Positions 26,121 to 39,535 of a stretch of 64,000 bases of DNA are shown here, piece after piece. The first letter of the stretch is position 1, and every line of letters starts with the position of its first letter. Under the pieces are notes generated by a model that was given only the letters and a program-made list of their open reading frames with translations, was not told the origin of the DNA and searched no databases. The DNA is from Trichosphaerium sp. ATCC 40318 (lineage: Eukaryota; Protista; Tubulinea): positions 1-64,000 of the forward strand of contig JALMLS010000579.1 of NCBI GenBank assembly GCA_038496445.1, in the 5' to 3' direction. The position numbers were made by a program, and so were the translations under genes.

Positions 26121-29100
26121 TTATGAAGCTACTACTTTCTTTGACCAATTTGGAAAATACCAAAACGCTTTTGAAATCCATAAGAAAGTAGTGTAAGTAG
26201 CATAACCCCACATTATAGGAGGAATCCAAATAGTAAATTTCTCAAATACTTCAAGTTCTCCATTATTTGTTTCGCTCTCATAAGACTCCTTGCGATCCTT
26301 TACAATTAAGCTATAAAGCCAATAATTTGCAAAAGCGAATAAACTTGATTTTCTAGTAACACGTGAGCAATAGATTGAAGAATGTTGTAATTGTGAACAA
26401 TAATAAATAAAAAAAAGGTGTACTTTGTAATTCTCTCAAAAGAGCCTTGCAGTATATCAAATGCCATGTATGGACATTTCAAGGTATATAAATGTTGTAT
26501 AGTACGCCAATAAAGATCTACAGCATAACCAAATCCCTTGAACTTTGGATCTAGAAACACCATGGTGTTAGTTCTGAATAACTTATCGAAAAACTCAAAA
26601 ATCCATTTATAAAAATGCACGTACCAACCCACGTTGTCACCACTTCGTAAGTGTCTTTAGCGCTATAATCCTAGATAAAATGTAAGCAACTTGATATTAA
26701 CAGGCCTTCTAAAAAAGAAGCTACAAGAAAGGAAAAAGATACTGTTTTTTTCTAAGAAGTAAGTTTTGTATCAGTACTCCGAGAGAATATGCTGAAATAC
26801 ATGAAGTATTCAGTAACTCAGAATCCTTGCTCTTTTTATCTATATAAATAACATATCCAGGGAACACATCGTGGTCAAAATGACCTAATTGCTCTAAAAA
26901 TAATAAGTTAGAAAACTGACTCTTGTTTTTTCTTTCAAATACCATCTTCTTGACCAATTCTCACTTGCTCGCCCTTCGGTTTTATAAAGTTTATAAACGT
27001 TTGTAGAGTTTCTTCTCCAGGCCTTCCTACGGATAGAGTATTAGTGACCAATTATGTATTCAAAAGAGAGCGTACCTCCTCTATCTCGCCATACTCTGTC
27101 TTCATTAGTAAATACCCACTTAATAAGTCTATCATTGCTGAGAGGATCCATATCTGTAAATGGAACAACATGATGTTGCTCAAGTAATATCTCTTTTAAT
27201 TTCTTACGGACTTTCTTAATATACTTTGCTTTAGGATGTTTCTCACCTTCAAAAAGAACACAAGGTCAGCAAAACAAGTTGAAGGCAAAAAAGCGAAAAA
27301 CCTCAATTCCGTCCAATTGTTCTAATCCTACTTTTTTTACTAACACGCAGAAATATGTCATCACATTTCACTTCGCTGTAAAAACAGTATTTCCACATGA
27401 GAAAAAAAAAGGAATTTGAACATACTGGACAAGTACCCATTTGAAACAAAGCAACAAAGTGAGAGGCTGATTTCAAAAAAAAACCCACTTACTTGTTTCT
27501 GAAACAATAATCTTCTCCCTTAGTTCCAAGTGCTTATTCAGCTCTACAATATAAAGTAAGTACTAACACCCTCTTGATTTTAATGTATCAAAAAAATACC
27601 ATTAAATTGTGCCTTGTTGTTACTCAGCAATCGAGAAATATTTTCCTTCTCATAGCAAAGACCAATAGTCTTTGTAATTACATTCAAAATAGCATTGACC
27701 AATTCTGTTTGTTCCTCAACAGTAATCTTAGTTCTAGTCCCACCTAACCATACAATTGTAAGAATGTTGTGTTGCACGTGAGGTGTGATGAAATTATTTG
27801 GTTTTCTTTAGATGGGGATGTACCACGTCTATCCCTGTTTCTTCTGTTCCATTGATCGAGTGAAAACCCGACTGCAATTATATTTGGTTCATCCAATCCA
27901 GTTTCGAAGTAGTGATTCACATACTGAGATATACCTCGTCCAAAAGCAGGTATAAACGCTTAACAACGAATAAGCAACACTTAAGATATAAAAAAAACTA
28001 AACAAGCGATAAATATTCTCCGTCATGGCAGGCACATACTGCGCCAAACTAAGCTAATAGCAATCCTATCTATTTTTATGGAAACGGAAACAAAACAAGG
28101 GCGTTCTAAACTACCAAAGCACAGCAAACAGCTTTGTTTGAAAAGTTTTCAGAAAAACCCAAAATAAGAGTGTAACTTACGTTTCAACTTATCGTTTCTT
28201 GTGAGTTGTTTCATAATATCAGATAATATAGTTCCAGGTAAATCCTTTACACGTTTTGGTGCTTTTGATTTTTTCTTGATCGTAGGAACTTTCATAAGCT
28301 CTGTGCTTGATTTCAACAAAGTTCTACGTGTTACACTTTCTCTCACTGTTATTTTCGGTAAGACTATTCTAGATACGTTCTGTTCATCTATAATGATATC
28401 ACCAGCCTTAATCTTTTCAATTTTAAAATCATAGTAACTCTCAACACCAGCAACTTCGAAAAAGTTGTCCCTAGGAAAAACAATCAACTTTCTCAAAAAA
28501 TTCTCAATTAGTTTCAAACGTACGTCATTGTTAACATGCTTCCAGATAGCTGAGGCTTTATGATATCCTCAAGAACACGGAAAACTTTATCAGAAGGAAT
28601 ACCTTTAGGAACAATAATGCATGGAACATGACCAGAAGCAACAAGAGTTTTGAAAAAAGAAAGCCAAACCAAAGAAGTATCAAAAGGATGACCATTAGCA
28701 TATATCTTATAAATATAGAGTCCTTGATCTGTATATACAGCTTCTAGGTTCTCAATCTCGATACCTGGAGAACCAGGTTTGTCCTTGCTTTCTTCAAAAA
28801 CACTTATAGTTGTAACGTTACATTTCAAAGCATTTTCAAGAACTTTTTCGCAATGATCACCTAAGCGCTCTATGTAAATCACCAATTCCGGCGTACTATT
28901 ATAATCGTACCAGTAGGAGCATAACACCCAGCTATTTGCTTTCCACATGTTCCAGCAGTGCCCCAGAACGAGTTTTGTAATCTGCACCAATAACGTTTTA
29001 TTTGTACTGGAGCATTTGCTTCCTTCCATTGTTCCTCTTCGTACTTTGTCTCCAATTCTCGTTCCTTAGGTATAATATCAGTATACAATCACATAATGCT

Positions 29101-32100
29101 ATAGAACCTTTGATAGCAAGCTAAGCTTTCTGTTTATCAAGAAAACACTGTTAGGATGATCTTTTATTCTACAAGAAAATAATAAGAACAAATATCAGAG
29201 CTGTCACTTTACCTCTTGTCCAGGAGTTGTTGCAAAACACTACGCCTGCTCTTAAGTTCAAATATAGAAACATTAGTGTCGTGATTATCAACAAATACTT
29301 TATTGTTCTTTATCTGAACACCATCAATGAGAACAGTATTCATAACTAAAAAGCTGTCAATACGAGTTGTTATTTTCTTTTTTTTCAAAGTTCGCCGTGC
29401 CTGGATACAAAATGTTGTACATCTCAATGTAGCCTTTAAACAGAACGAGAAGAGCCTGTTTGTATGTCCCTTCTATATTACGTTTACTACTTAATTCGAC
29501 AGAAATACCAATTTCTTTTTGCCAAAGAGACTCGTGATAACCCATTGTACTCAAGTGTTGCCTCAAGATTTATGTTAGAAAAAATTGTAACTGAAATATT
29601 TTGATTTTACGACAGCTCACTGCTGTCGGTATGTACCTGAGTTGCTTGTTCTTTTCAAGATTATATACGTAATCGTTTAAACTTAATTTTCTGAATCGTA
29701 GTTTATGTTCTGGTTGTTGCATACCATCAACACCTTCAACATTAAAAAAATGATTCCCGATACAATCCGCAATAAGTTTTGTCACATGCTCAAACCGACA
29801 TTGCTCATGTGCATTTTTAGATAATGTATCAATACGCTGACTAACAGAAGTCAATACTCTCATAGCTTGAGCATCCTAAAATAATATTAGAACAGAGTAG
29901 AGTAAGAGACAAGTGAAGGTGTACCTTTACAACATCATCAGGAAATTGTTTTCGAAAAATATTCAACAGTTGTTCGGACTCATATTCTTCAGCTTTGAAC
30001 TGGTTCTTGAATAGATTCTTATACAATATAACTCTTCCAAGTTGTTCTTCATATTCTGAAGATGCTGTATTAGAATAATTACTACTTGAAAGAGCTCTAT
30101 CAAGTTTAGAAAGAATAGTTAAAGTCAATCTTTTAACAGTTTCTCCTGCATTTAGCAAGCCACTGCAAGTGCGCATAATACGACAAAGAGACATCATATG
30201 ATTCATTGAGAGTCTAGAGAGTATAAAGGGTAAGTACAACCAAGCGAATGTTGAAAAGAGATGAAGGTCGAACATACTTTTCATCAAAAATATGAGTCAT
30301 TAGTGTCCTCAACTCAGATCTTGTAAATTCGGTGCTGCAAATATGTGTAAGTTCCTTGATTGCATCTCGTTTACCCTTCTTTATTAACTGTTTCAATAAA
30401 GAAATAACCTACCAACAAGATATTAACACTATGCAACAAAAAAAGAATTCATTTAATTTTTTCGAAAACATCCTGCTCCGCACGTTATCTGGAGCTACAA
30501 ATGATGTCAAGCTTGATGTGCAGAAGTTTGATACAAATCCAAGATCTACTAAAATGTGATAGTTTCCATGTGTCTCAAACTTGTGAGCCATAGTAGCATA
30601 TCCTTGTGCTATAGCCTACAAATAATTAACAAAAAATAAAGTGATTGTTTGCGTCATTTACCTCATAGTCCGATACATCAACCACTTTTAGAAGAATATT
30701 TAATCCATCTTGTAGCAAAGGTGTTACATTATGCTTGAGTGCAAGTGCTGTTTTTGTGCTTTCCATCATGCTATCCATTGTTGCCAATGCTGTTAATCCA
30801 TTCGTTGTTATGTTCCTAAAAAAAGAGAAAACTATTAGTTGACTTTCTTTATCTAATATGAGATGCGGACGATTTAGCATCTAAGGCTAGGATAGTATCT
30901 CTAAGAACCATGCCAAAGAATTTATAATGCGACATTTGATATTGAAACATGTATATTGTCAGGCGACCAACGTTAAGGCTCTTGCAAATGAATTGTGTTT
31001 TTTCCTACCAGTAAATAAGTTATGAATACCGCATGTGATAAAATGCTATTCGGAGCGTATTTTCCTTGTTTCAACATAAAACCTCAGTATTCAGCAACTT
31101 ACCTCAATAGTTCCAGGCCACGTGATTATCATTTTATACATAGGTTCGAGGTATTTATCCAAAAAATTTACAAAGTAATCAGCTTTTCTTTGTTGTCTCA
31201 TAAGCAAACAACAAAGATCAATTGTTGCATCAATAATCTCGAATTTACGTATGTAATCATCACCCAAATGAGATACAAACTTAACTATAGCAACCAAAGG
31301 TTTGCCTAAGAACATAAAACGGTTACAACCTCGAACAAAAAACTTAGATAAATACCATTCATGAAAACAATCGTGTCTCGACATCCGAACGCAGCTCTAC
31401 TATACGCGAAAGATTTTGACATCATAGCCACTATTAGCAATAAGAACACACCAATACCTAAAGAGTATGCGCTATGGGTACCTCGACGTTCTTGAGAAGC
31501 ATCAGGAAGTGCTTTTATAACCTGAGAAATAACGCCTTTATAAAAATCGAAGATAACTTGTTCTTCAATGTCAGCTTCTAATGCTGCTACCAATAAAATA
31601 GCTACACGTGATAGCTCAATAGCTACAACCTCTGATTTACCAACAATAGCTATTATATCTTGTTGAGTAGGACCAAACATCTGATCTAATATCTACACTC
31701 GTCAAACTACTTATCACGTGCGTATTTGACCTTCATACCTTCTTAAGAGCTCCTGGTTTCTTTCCTGATGCAACCCAAGACCGAAAGAACATAAATACAT
31801 TTGTTTGAACTCTAACAAGAGCCTCTAAAGCGAACTTAGAGGATCGCAACTACTGCTTTAAAAAAAAAGTTCTAACCTTGACTAGCATCTGGAACGAGTA
31901 CTTTTAAATGTGAGACACTTGCTGTCAAGTCAACGACATCTTCTCCACTACACAAAAAAAAGTTAACTGTATACCAATTATTTTACCAAAAGCTCTCGCT
32001 CTCATACCTGTATCTGAATGCCATTTGTTGTGCAGATAGTATAAATTCCAGCAAGACCTTGCAAAGGTCATACGGGAGTAAAGGGAACAATGAAAATAGA

Positions 32101-33115
32101 TCGTCCAAAGTCTTTTCAGGGAGGTTTATATTAGATATAAACGACATAATGATTATCTGTTCACGAGGCACGTGAGTGATGCTCTCAACATGTTTTTTAA
32201 AGTGAGAAGATTCAAGTGTACTGAGCATAGAACACTCAATATCTAGGTATTTTAGAGAACAATTAAAGTGATAAAACCCATACACCATACCTTCTAATTC
32301 TTCAATGGCATCACATAGTCGCAGTCGGACATAATCACCAATAACCTTCACATTGGAAACAACTTTGCTAAATTATTTTCTTTAGTCAATACGTTATTTA
32401 TAGCACGTGCTCTTCAAAATGAATATTAAAATGGGCGTACCGCATTGGCTCAAGTGCTGTCATAATAAAAAAGGGTTGTAGGGATCCGATAGTTGGGATT
32501 TTGACGCGCATTAAGTTTACTAGCGTGTTTGCCATTTTTTCAAAGTAAATAGGCGCCATGTCATCTTCAGGGAGCAGTAAAAATTTTATTAGAAGCGAAA
32601 CCGCGCGTTCAATGAGGGTAGGTTTAGAAACAAGCTATATTGGATGAGTTTTAACGAAAAAAAATCTTTCGCGGTTAAATATAATTTTGGTGCACACTCC
32701 GCGTTTGCTATCGCGTAGTAAGTAGTAAAGAAATAAATTAAAGATGTTTTTAACGCTTTGATGATATTTTCGGATTAATGGTGTTAAACTTAGTATTAAC
32801 GAATCTGTATAACGTACAGTATCATGTATATTGTCAATAAGTACATTGAGTGTCATTATAACATCACTGACTTGTTGGTTCGCTATAAGTGCTGCACATC
32901 CCAATAATACTACTTTTATATGTTGTTCGTTGGGAAGTAACGGGTTTTGCGCGTTGCCTAGAAATTTCAGACTGTGTAAGAAATCAAGCCATTTTATCTG
33001 TATAAAAGTAAGCGCGAAGGTAATTTAATGCCCTATCAACGCAACCACTAACAGCTGTTGGCTTTTTTGGTTCTCGTTTTGGTGCAGGCACCGGAGCACC
33101 GTTTTCTTGCTCCAT
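26121..33115 (-). CDS. Large multi-exon helical protein with an internal F-box-like motif and a possible C-terminal GNAT-like motif
   Basis: Continuous run of minus-strand exons with canonical splice sites. Splicing near 28260-27940 gives VKDLPGTILSDIMKQLTRNDKLKHRIAISLVWRTFI. Near 26560 the sequence reads VFLDPKFKGFGYAVDLYWRTIQHL. Could be more than one gene. Confidence 0.55.
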
Positions 33116-33256
33116 AGTTGTTCTACTGTAAATATAACACTTGAAGGAGGTACAGAAGTGGTAAAAGCCCACTAAGCGTCATTTCGCTTAACGGCATTCA
33201 TTTATTACTTGAATGACTCTTTGGAGAAGCTAGATTTGTAAAATACGTTTATAGCG

Positions 33257-34599
33257 ATGTCATACAATGAACTCATCTCTTGGCTTTGGCTGGGCTCTTC
33301 AAAAAGTACAGACGTGTTGCTAGTTCAAATATTGGTACGCTCAATTACTACAACGCTGTATTAACGAGTTTTAGCTTGGTATCTTCATGTTTTTTATCAA
33401 CTCATGTGTTTTCTTCAAAGCTCTGTCTCCAACGATATTTAACGCTTGTATTATTACCTCATCTGTAGCCGCATGTATTATCATCGTCATAGCGTACTCA
33501 ATTCAACACTGAAATAGCACTTACATTATATAATTTAGTTGGGTAAAAGTTGATGGAGAAATCTTTGTTAACTTTGGTTTTGGATTTTTCATTGGGATTG
33601 TTTTTATGAGCATTGGAGCGTCTATTGGCGCTACAAACTACTCTATGGTTAGCATCACATACCCCTTTGTTCTTGTGGGTACCCACGTGATAAATATTTA
33701 TTTATTTTTAGATGCAATCAACAGACTTTTCGGCGTCAGTTACAAAGGTATGCGAGAAAACAGAACTGTGCTTTGTTTTATTCTAACCTTTTCTTTGTTT
33801 TTTTCTTAGCCTCAAAATACAGATAAATACTTGTTCGCATTTGACGATGAACCTCTTGTTGCGTTTAATTACACTGGATATATCAAGGGCGGCTTATATG
33901 GTTACTGTGTTGCACCTATTACATCAAATTATTCAGTGAGTTCTATTTGTATTACTACTTTACAACTCTAAATCCATGTGATATTTTATTCAGATACAAG
34001 ATGTATATGTCTATGCACTTTGCAAGCTTAAACGCATTAATTACCCTTTGTATGAAACATGCCCAAGCTCAGATCCATGCATATCAAGATGGAAAGAACC
34101 AATTGGTTTTGGTGAGTAATACTGGTTTTTTTATTCACTTTTGTAATTTTTTGCTCTGATAGGTGTGAGAGTGCACCATGACGCCACCAGCGAACATTAT
34201 GCTAATAATGCTGCCAACAACGTATCAAAAACCTTTGATATTATTAACAACTATCCTCTGTTGTTTGTAGAATGGGACAGTCCTTCGAACCAGATGAAAC
34301 ATTGGCAAAAAGTATTATTACTTTGGACAATTTTGCCAAACGCTTTATGGTACCACTAAGCTAAACTCAATGCCAAGTCAACTTATGTCTTATCAGGATT
34401 TTACTGACAACGTACACGTGCTATTTTAAATGTACTAAAGACTACTACTATTAATGTAAATATTGGTGAATTGCGTATTCCTAATGCCATGCAGGAGGTT
34501 GCCGAACGAAGAACAATCTATTTATTTGGTTTTTTTTTCTTCATCAAAAAGAAACGATTTGTTGCATTCGCTCCATTCCAATATGATAAGGATATGTGA
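33257..34599 (+). CDS. Uncharacterised multi-exon gene
   Basis: Series of short plus-strand exons bounded by GT..AG (ORF pieces at 33606, 33947, 34165). No recognisable domain, and the frame is not fully resolved. Confidence 0.35.
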
Positions 34600-35642
34600 A
34601 ATACGTTAGTTAAGTATCTATAAAAAGCATATAAAGTGTTTTGTAGCTTTTTCAAAGGGAAAATAATGATATTGAAAGATCTCATGATAATGTTGCTGAA
34701 ATTGTCTCTTTTTGGTTGGATGTTGAAACATTCTCTTTGAAGCAACCTACCATGACCGGAAGGTGTCTCAACTGCGGTTATCTCTCCAATAGATTCTCTA
34801 TTCATAGAACACTGATTATCTCCGCCACTTTGTTTGCCATCAATGTAAAGACACTGTGATTGAAGTTGACCATTGTTGTAAAACTGAATGAATTTTCCGT
34901 CTTTTTTATTGTCAACCCAAAAGCTGTGTTCTTTTAATTGGCCATTATCATACCACCCTTTATATTCGCCATTCTTTTTATCATTTACCCAGATACATTG
35001 TTCTTTAAGCTGTCCGTTTTCATACCATTCTTTACCTTGACCATTAAGTTTATCATCAACCAATATAGAAAATGATTGAAGTTGACCATTTTCATACCAT
35101 TCTCTGTTATGAAACTTTTGCTGTCCATGGCCATTATCAACTATCTTCCTATGTACCTGAAGTTGTCCGTCTTCATACCATATTTTAATTTCACCATTTT
35201 GTTCATCATTGACCCACATACATTGTTCCTCAAGTTGTCCACTCTGATACCACATTTTAGTTTCACCATTTTGTTTATCATCAATCCACATGCTATGTTC
35301 TTGAAGTTGACCATCCTCATACCACGCTTTATATTCACCGTTTTGTTTGCCATTAGCCCACATGCACTTCTCCCTAATTTGTCCATCCTCATACCACCCT
35401 TTATATTCACCATCTTGTTTACCATCAACCCACATACATTGTTCTTCAAGCTGCCCGTTTTCATACCATTTCTTGTACTCACCGTTGTGTTTACCATTGA
35501 CTATTGTACATTGGACACGAAGTTGTCCATTACTATACCATGTTTTATGTTGATCATTACGTTTACCTTTCACTATCATGCACTGTATTTTTCTCTTTGT
35601 CGCGCAGTAATTTTGCTCCACAGTTTTTTTTTCTGGCTGCAA
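34518..35642 (-). CDS. MORN-variant repeat protein
   Basis: About ten 23-aa WYENGQLxxxxxWVxxKxNGExK repeats (35560-34830). The 5' end resembles a splice acceptor (TTTTTTGCAG), and the non-repeat tail may not be real. Confidence 0.82.
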   Translation of the reverse strand: MQPEKKTVEQNYCATKRKIQCMIVKGKRNDQHKTWYSNGQLRVQCTIVNGKHNGEYKKWYENGQLEEQCMWVDGKQDGEYKGWYEDGQIREKCMWANGKQNGEYKAWYEDGQLQEHSMWIDDKQNGETKMWYQSGQLEEQCMWVNDEQNGEIKIWYEDGQLQVHRKIVDNGHGQQKFHNREWYENGQLQSFSILVDDKLNGQGKEWYENGQLKEQCIWVNDKKNGEYKGWYDNGQLKEHSFWVDNKKDGKFIQFYNNGQLQSQCLYIDGKQSGGDNQCSMNRESIGEITAVETPSGHGRLLQRECFNIQPKRDNFSNIIMRSFNIIIFPLKKLQNTLYAFYRYLTNVFHISLSYWNGANATNRFFLMKKKKPNK

Positions 35643-35997
35643 AAAACAGCTAAAAGAATGTGAGATTGCAAAAAAAAAAACGGTCTTTCCAAATCCACCA
35701 AAAAAACTGTAATTTATGCCGCGGTTTTCTTGTTTATTGCGTAACCTTCTTGCACATATGTTTTTACGTTGCTTTTAACGTACCTTGGTGCTTCAAAACT
35801 TATTTAACCCGATATTAACGTCACTATGCTAGGAATAGACCACAACGTTAATTAACGTTGAGTTTGCAGCAATACGCTATGATGTGATTTTGCTTGGCGC
35901 AAATCTACGATTTTGATTACATTCCTTAACTAGCCAAGCTTAACCCTTCACAAACGAAAACAGTTACCCAAATTATGGGTCTTATATGGAGACTTAA

Positions 35998-36299
35998 AAG
36001 GGGCAGCATCGCTGTTGAGACAGTTTCGAAAATTACGACTTTGATTTTTGATATTTAAGGGATTTCGAGAATCTTTGAGGCGTTTTTACTCGCCTCAAAA
36101 CCGTCTTAACCTTAAATTGCTATTTTGAACATTTAACTAGTATTCTAAACTTATAGGCATACAAATCATTTTGCGATTCGTTCGTGCTGTGCCGAGGAAA
36201 AGTACCGACAGTCAAAGCAATTTTTTTCAAAATAAACTGTTTCAAAAATTTCAACTTTCGGAATTTCTGAAACTGTCTCAAAGGAGATGTGCCGTATAC
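35998..36299. mobile_element. MITE-like non-autonomous element with degenerate terminal inverted repeats
   Basis: Imperfect TIR of ~35 bp with a perfect 13-bp core: TTGAGACAGTTTC (36015-36027) and GAAACTGTCTCAA (36269-36281). TTAA lies on both flanks (35994-35997, 36300-36303). Internal hairpin TTTGAGGCG/CGCCTCAAA. No ORF. Confidence 0.6.
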
Positions 36300-36331
36300 T
36301 TAATAAACTAATATTCACCCTTCACAATGTT

Positions 36332-36379
36332 TTCATCAATGGTAAAAAAGAAGGAGACTTCAAAGCATGGCATAAACGC
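36332..36379 (+). pseudogene. Isolated MORN-variant repeat relic
   Basis: Translates FINGKKEGDFKAWHKR, matching FxNGxxxGxFKxWH in the 58418-59401 protein. No surrounding ORF. Confidence 0.5.
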
Positions 36380-36570
36380 TTGACACTTTGGTAGAATATC
36401 ATCTCCAAAAGGCGCCAAAGGGGGTCCTAGAAAGAGTTCAGGCCAGCTACATCAAAACAAAGTCATAACCTACCCAACAAAGTGGTATTTTTCTGTCACC
36501 TTTCCTCATATTTTCTTGAAACGTGTAAGCTTTTTTACCGTGACTTATTTGTACAAAAGTACAGCAACCA

Positions 36571-37545
36571 ATGGCAACAAATGAACGTGAAACGATAAAC
36601 AACGTCCATTGTTGGTTTCAAAATGTTCCACCGGAGACCTTAACGCATATTCTTCGCTGTTTAAACAGACCACAACGTATTAAAGCTTCCACAGTCTCTC
36701 ATGCGTTTAATAACATTGTTCGCTGTAATATTGGCTTCGATTACATCCGTTTGCGCAATTCATCCGATTGTCGTGTTCTAAAAGGCAGCCCTTTGCTCAA
36801 AAACACTGAGATAGCATGTCGTAGTTTAACAATGTCAGATACTGAGTTGAGTTACCTTTCTGGCGTTCGTTCTATTGACCTACAGCATGCCAGTATCACA
36901 TCAACTATGAATAAAGGTGATTGGATGAAAGCCTTAAGTGGTGTTCATTCAATAAATCTTGGTCATATTCAACTCCCTGAAAAAGATCTTGATGCATTGG
37001 TTGGCGTTCACACTATAAATCTAAAATTTACTAATGTATCTGATCATGGTATACTCTCATTAGTACATGGAGGAAAGCACACTGTACACACTATAAATTT
37101 GCATTGGGCAAAGATAACAAATGTTTCTTTGGTTGCACTTACAGGTGTACACACTATTAATATCCGTGGTTGCTTCAATATTACTGAAGAAGGAATAAAG
37201 GCACTCAAAGATGCACATGAAATTAGAATCAGTCGTCCTAAACAATCATGGCTTAAACATCTTGGTAATGTACACACTCTTCATATTTTTAGCGGAGAAT
37301 GTCTGACAGATGGGCTCAACTCATTGGTTAATGTCAAATGTTTGCTGTTGAGTAGGTGTGGGAGTATAACAGACTCAGGGTTCAAACGTTTGATCAATCT
37401 TGAACACTTGGTACTTAATTACTGTCATGCAATCACAAATGATGCCTTACAATACATGAAAGCTCTTAAAAGTATCAGAATAAATGGGACTTGTAAGATA
37501 ACTAAAGCATTTGTAGATACAACTAGTATACATTGGGAACAATAA
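36571..37545 (+). CDS. F-box plus LRR protein, intronless
   Basis: FQNVPPETLTHILRCLNRPQRIKASTVSHAF (F-box) and LxGVHTINL repeats. The C-terminal cap LINLEHLVLNYC resembles that of the 15493 gene. Confidence 0.88.
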   Translation: MATNERETINNVHCWFQNVPPETLTHILRCLNRPQRIKASTVSHAFNNIVRCNIGFDYIRLRNSSDCRVLKGSPLLKNTEIACRSLTMSDTELSYLSGVRSIDLQHASITSTMNKGDWMKALSGVHSINLGHIQLPEKDLDALVGVHTINLKFTNVSDHGILSLVHGGKHTVHTINLHWAKITNVSLVALTGVHTINIRGCFNITEEGIKALKDAHEIRISRPKQSWLKHLGNVHTLHIFSGECLTDGLNSLVNVKCLLLSRCGSITDSGFKRLINLEHLVLNYCHAITNDALQYMKALKSIRINGTCKITKAFVDTTSIHWEQ

Positions 37546-38228
37546 AATAATACAATTTATTATAATTCTTGCATGTCTTGTTGCTTTCAATAAGAGTCAT
37601 TGTTATTGTCAATACCAAAGAGTTCATACGTAGTCACTGTGAATACAAACAGCAAACACATAATGACAAGTATTCCTAACAAACCAGCCTGACTTGTAGA
37701 GGTAAATGGCAATATAGACGTAATCAGAAAGCAGATTTCGAGACCGCTTCCAATGTTAGTTAAAACAAAATCTGTTTATTCAATGCAATCACGTGTTTAT
37801 CAGGATGATGGTTCAAAAGAGAAGCCTTTCAGAAGCATTGAAGGAGCAGCTCAAAATGCCACTGACACAGTGCATGTAGTTTGTGTTGGAGGTAGTGTTT
37901 TATAGCTTATTTGCGTTTCTCTTATTTGTGAGGCATTGCACTTTTGTGATTGCTGACCAGCGCTTTCAACACATGCTTTTGAATGATTTATCAGATGGTA
38001 GCGTACTCAAAGGCAGTAAGTACACTTCCAAAAATCAGAAAGTGTGATATCTTGCCTTTCTGGTGTTAAATTAATCGATTGTATGTTATAATATTGAGAG
38101 GTACATTATTCAATATAATAAACACTAAACCGAACCTCTTTTCTTAGTTTTTTATTGTAGTCAATCTCTTGCCAATTTAATCGAAAGCAAAGTGTAAAAC
38201 AACAAAACATTTATTTGTATAACAAGGT

Positions 38229-39535
38229 CTAAAGCAACAATACTTGCACAAAGAAACACACGACAAACAGTGCCCTTACAGCCTAAGTAAACTTAGTAAG
38301 CAAAAACGTGATTCCCACTGAACAAGATAGAAACAAAAACGTACAAAGTATGATGCAGCTGATAATTCACTGCTGTCTGTAGGTGATAGTGTGGTAATTG
38401 CAGCTGTTGGTGTTGTTGCCATTGTTGGCATTGTTGGCTCTGATGGAGCGTTTGGTGCTTCTGTATTGTTTTGCGTACAATAGCCAGGATCAACAGGTAA
38501 TCCTTCTGGGAAAGAAACAGATGCAACAAAGCCGGGTAAAACACCATCTACAGAAGTACCCGTACACTGAGGTAGATTGAAACTATAATCTATAGTATCA
38601 ACACTGTCGACACATCCTTTAAAGCAAATTGGCACAAATGGGAAGAATTCCTCTGTTGGTTGCGGGTCAACTGGTGTAGTACAATCGTCAGCGCTTGAGG
38701 CTTCATGATACTGCCCCATCATGTAGTAACGATAAACATAGTTGTCAATAGCTCCACTATCATCATAATACCCGCCACATTCGTCAGCGCATACAGTTGT
38801 ATTGACATCACTTAGAGAGCACTTCTTCATCATGATACCGTCTGGTCCACGTGGGCCATAAACTGGGAATCCGTCTGCTGCGTATCCAAGAAGTGGTGAG
38901 TGAGATGTTGCTGTTTGATTGAGTTGTGCCATCAAGCAGGATGGAGGAATATGCGAATGATAAGATCCAGCACCTTACAAAGCGTTAGGCAATGAACGAA
39001 CATATACAAACAAAAAAAAGGGACCCAGAAAAAGACGTACTAGGGGCAGCATGACAACCACATTCGTCAAAGGTATCACCTTCTACAGCTGCTGCTGAAG
39101 TGTCAAAGTCGATAGCTGGTTCCCTACCTCCATAGGAAGACCAAAGCATAGCGTTACTGAAAAGCATACCAATATACCCAGGTTGCTCTTTTAAGTCTGT
39201 TTCCACGTTAATGTCGTACTTTGGTGTAGTAGGGAACACGAAAGTAGTGTTCCCAAATGACGCAGGGTTTGGATTTAACCTTGTGTAAATGTGGTTTGGA
39301 CAGTGGTTTGTTTCTATTGTTCTTGCTCCTGTGTTTGTGTCTAGGTACTCTCTGTAGTAATAATCGGATCCATCCGTAGCACAAGATACAACTTCACCAG
39401 TGTCATTAGGCCCACCATCATTAGGGGGCTGGCAGTTGTATAGCGCAACAAGCGCTTTAAAAAACGTGTCAGTAGCAGCGATGAGTTCAGCGGTTTCTAG
39501 GTACCTGTAATAAGTACAAGTATAGGCAAGTTCAT
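38229..39535 (-). CDS. Secreted, probably GPI-anchored YHYH-domain protein
   Basis: Signal peptide MNLPILVLIT.., then FDECGCH..SYHSHIPPSCL..HSPLLGYAADGFPVYGP..DECGG..YRYY (YHYH family), a Thr/Pro stalk and the hydrophobic tail AVRALFVVCFFVQVLLL*. Confidence 0.85.

Noticed and set aside
35076-35663. Antisense and alternate-frame ORFs over the MORN genes (also 2497-3041, 4145-4523, 58461-58823)
   Set aside because: These are shadows of the stop-poor repeated coding strand.
15493-37545. Intact endogenous giant virus region
   Set aside because: No capsid, PolB, packaging ATPase or other hallmark gene is seen, and the virus-like genes are interspersed singly among intron-rich host genes.
37800-37890. 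DUF1565-like motif DDGSKEKPFRSIEGAAQNA
   Set aside because: Short fragment with no coherent gene model around it; possibly a relic.
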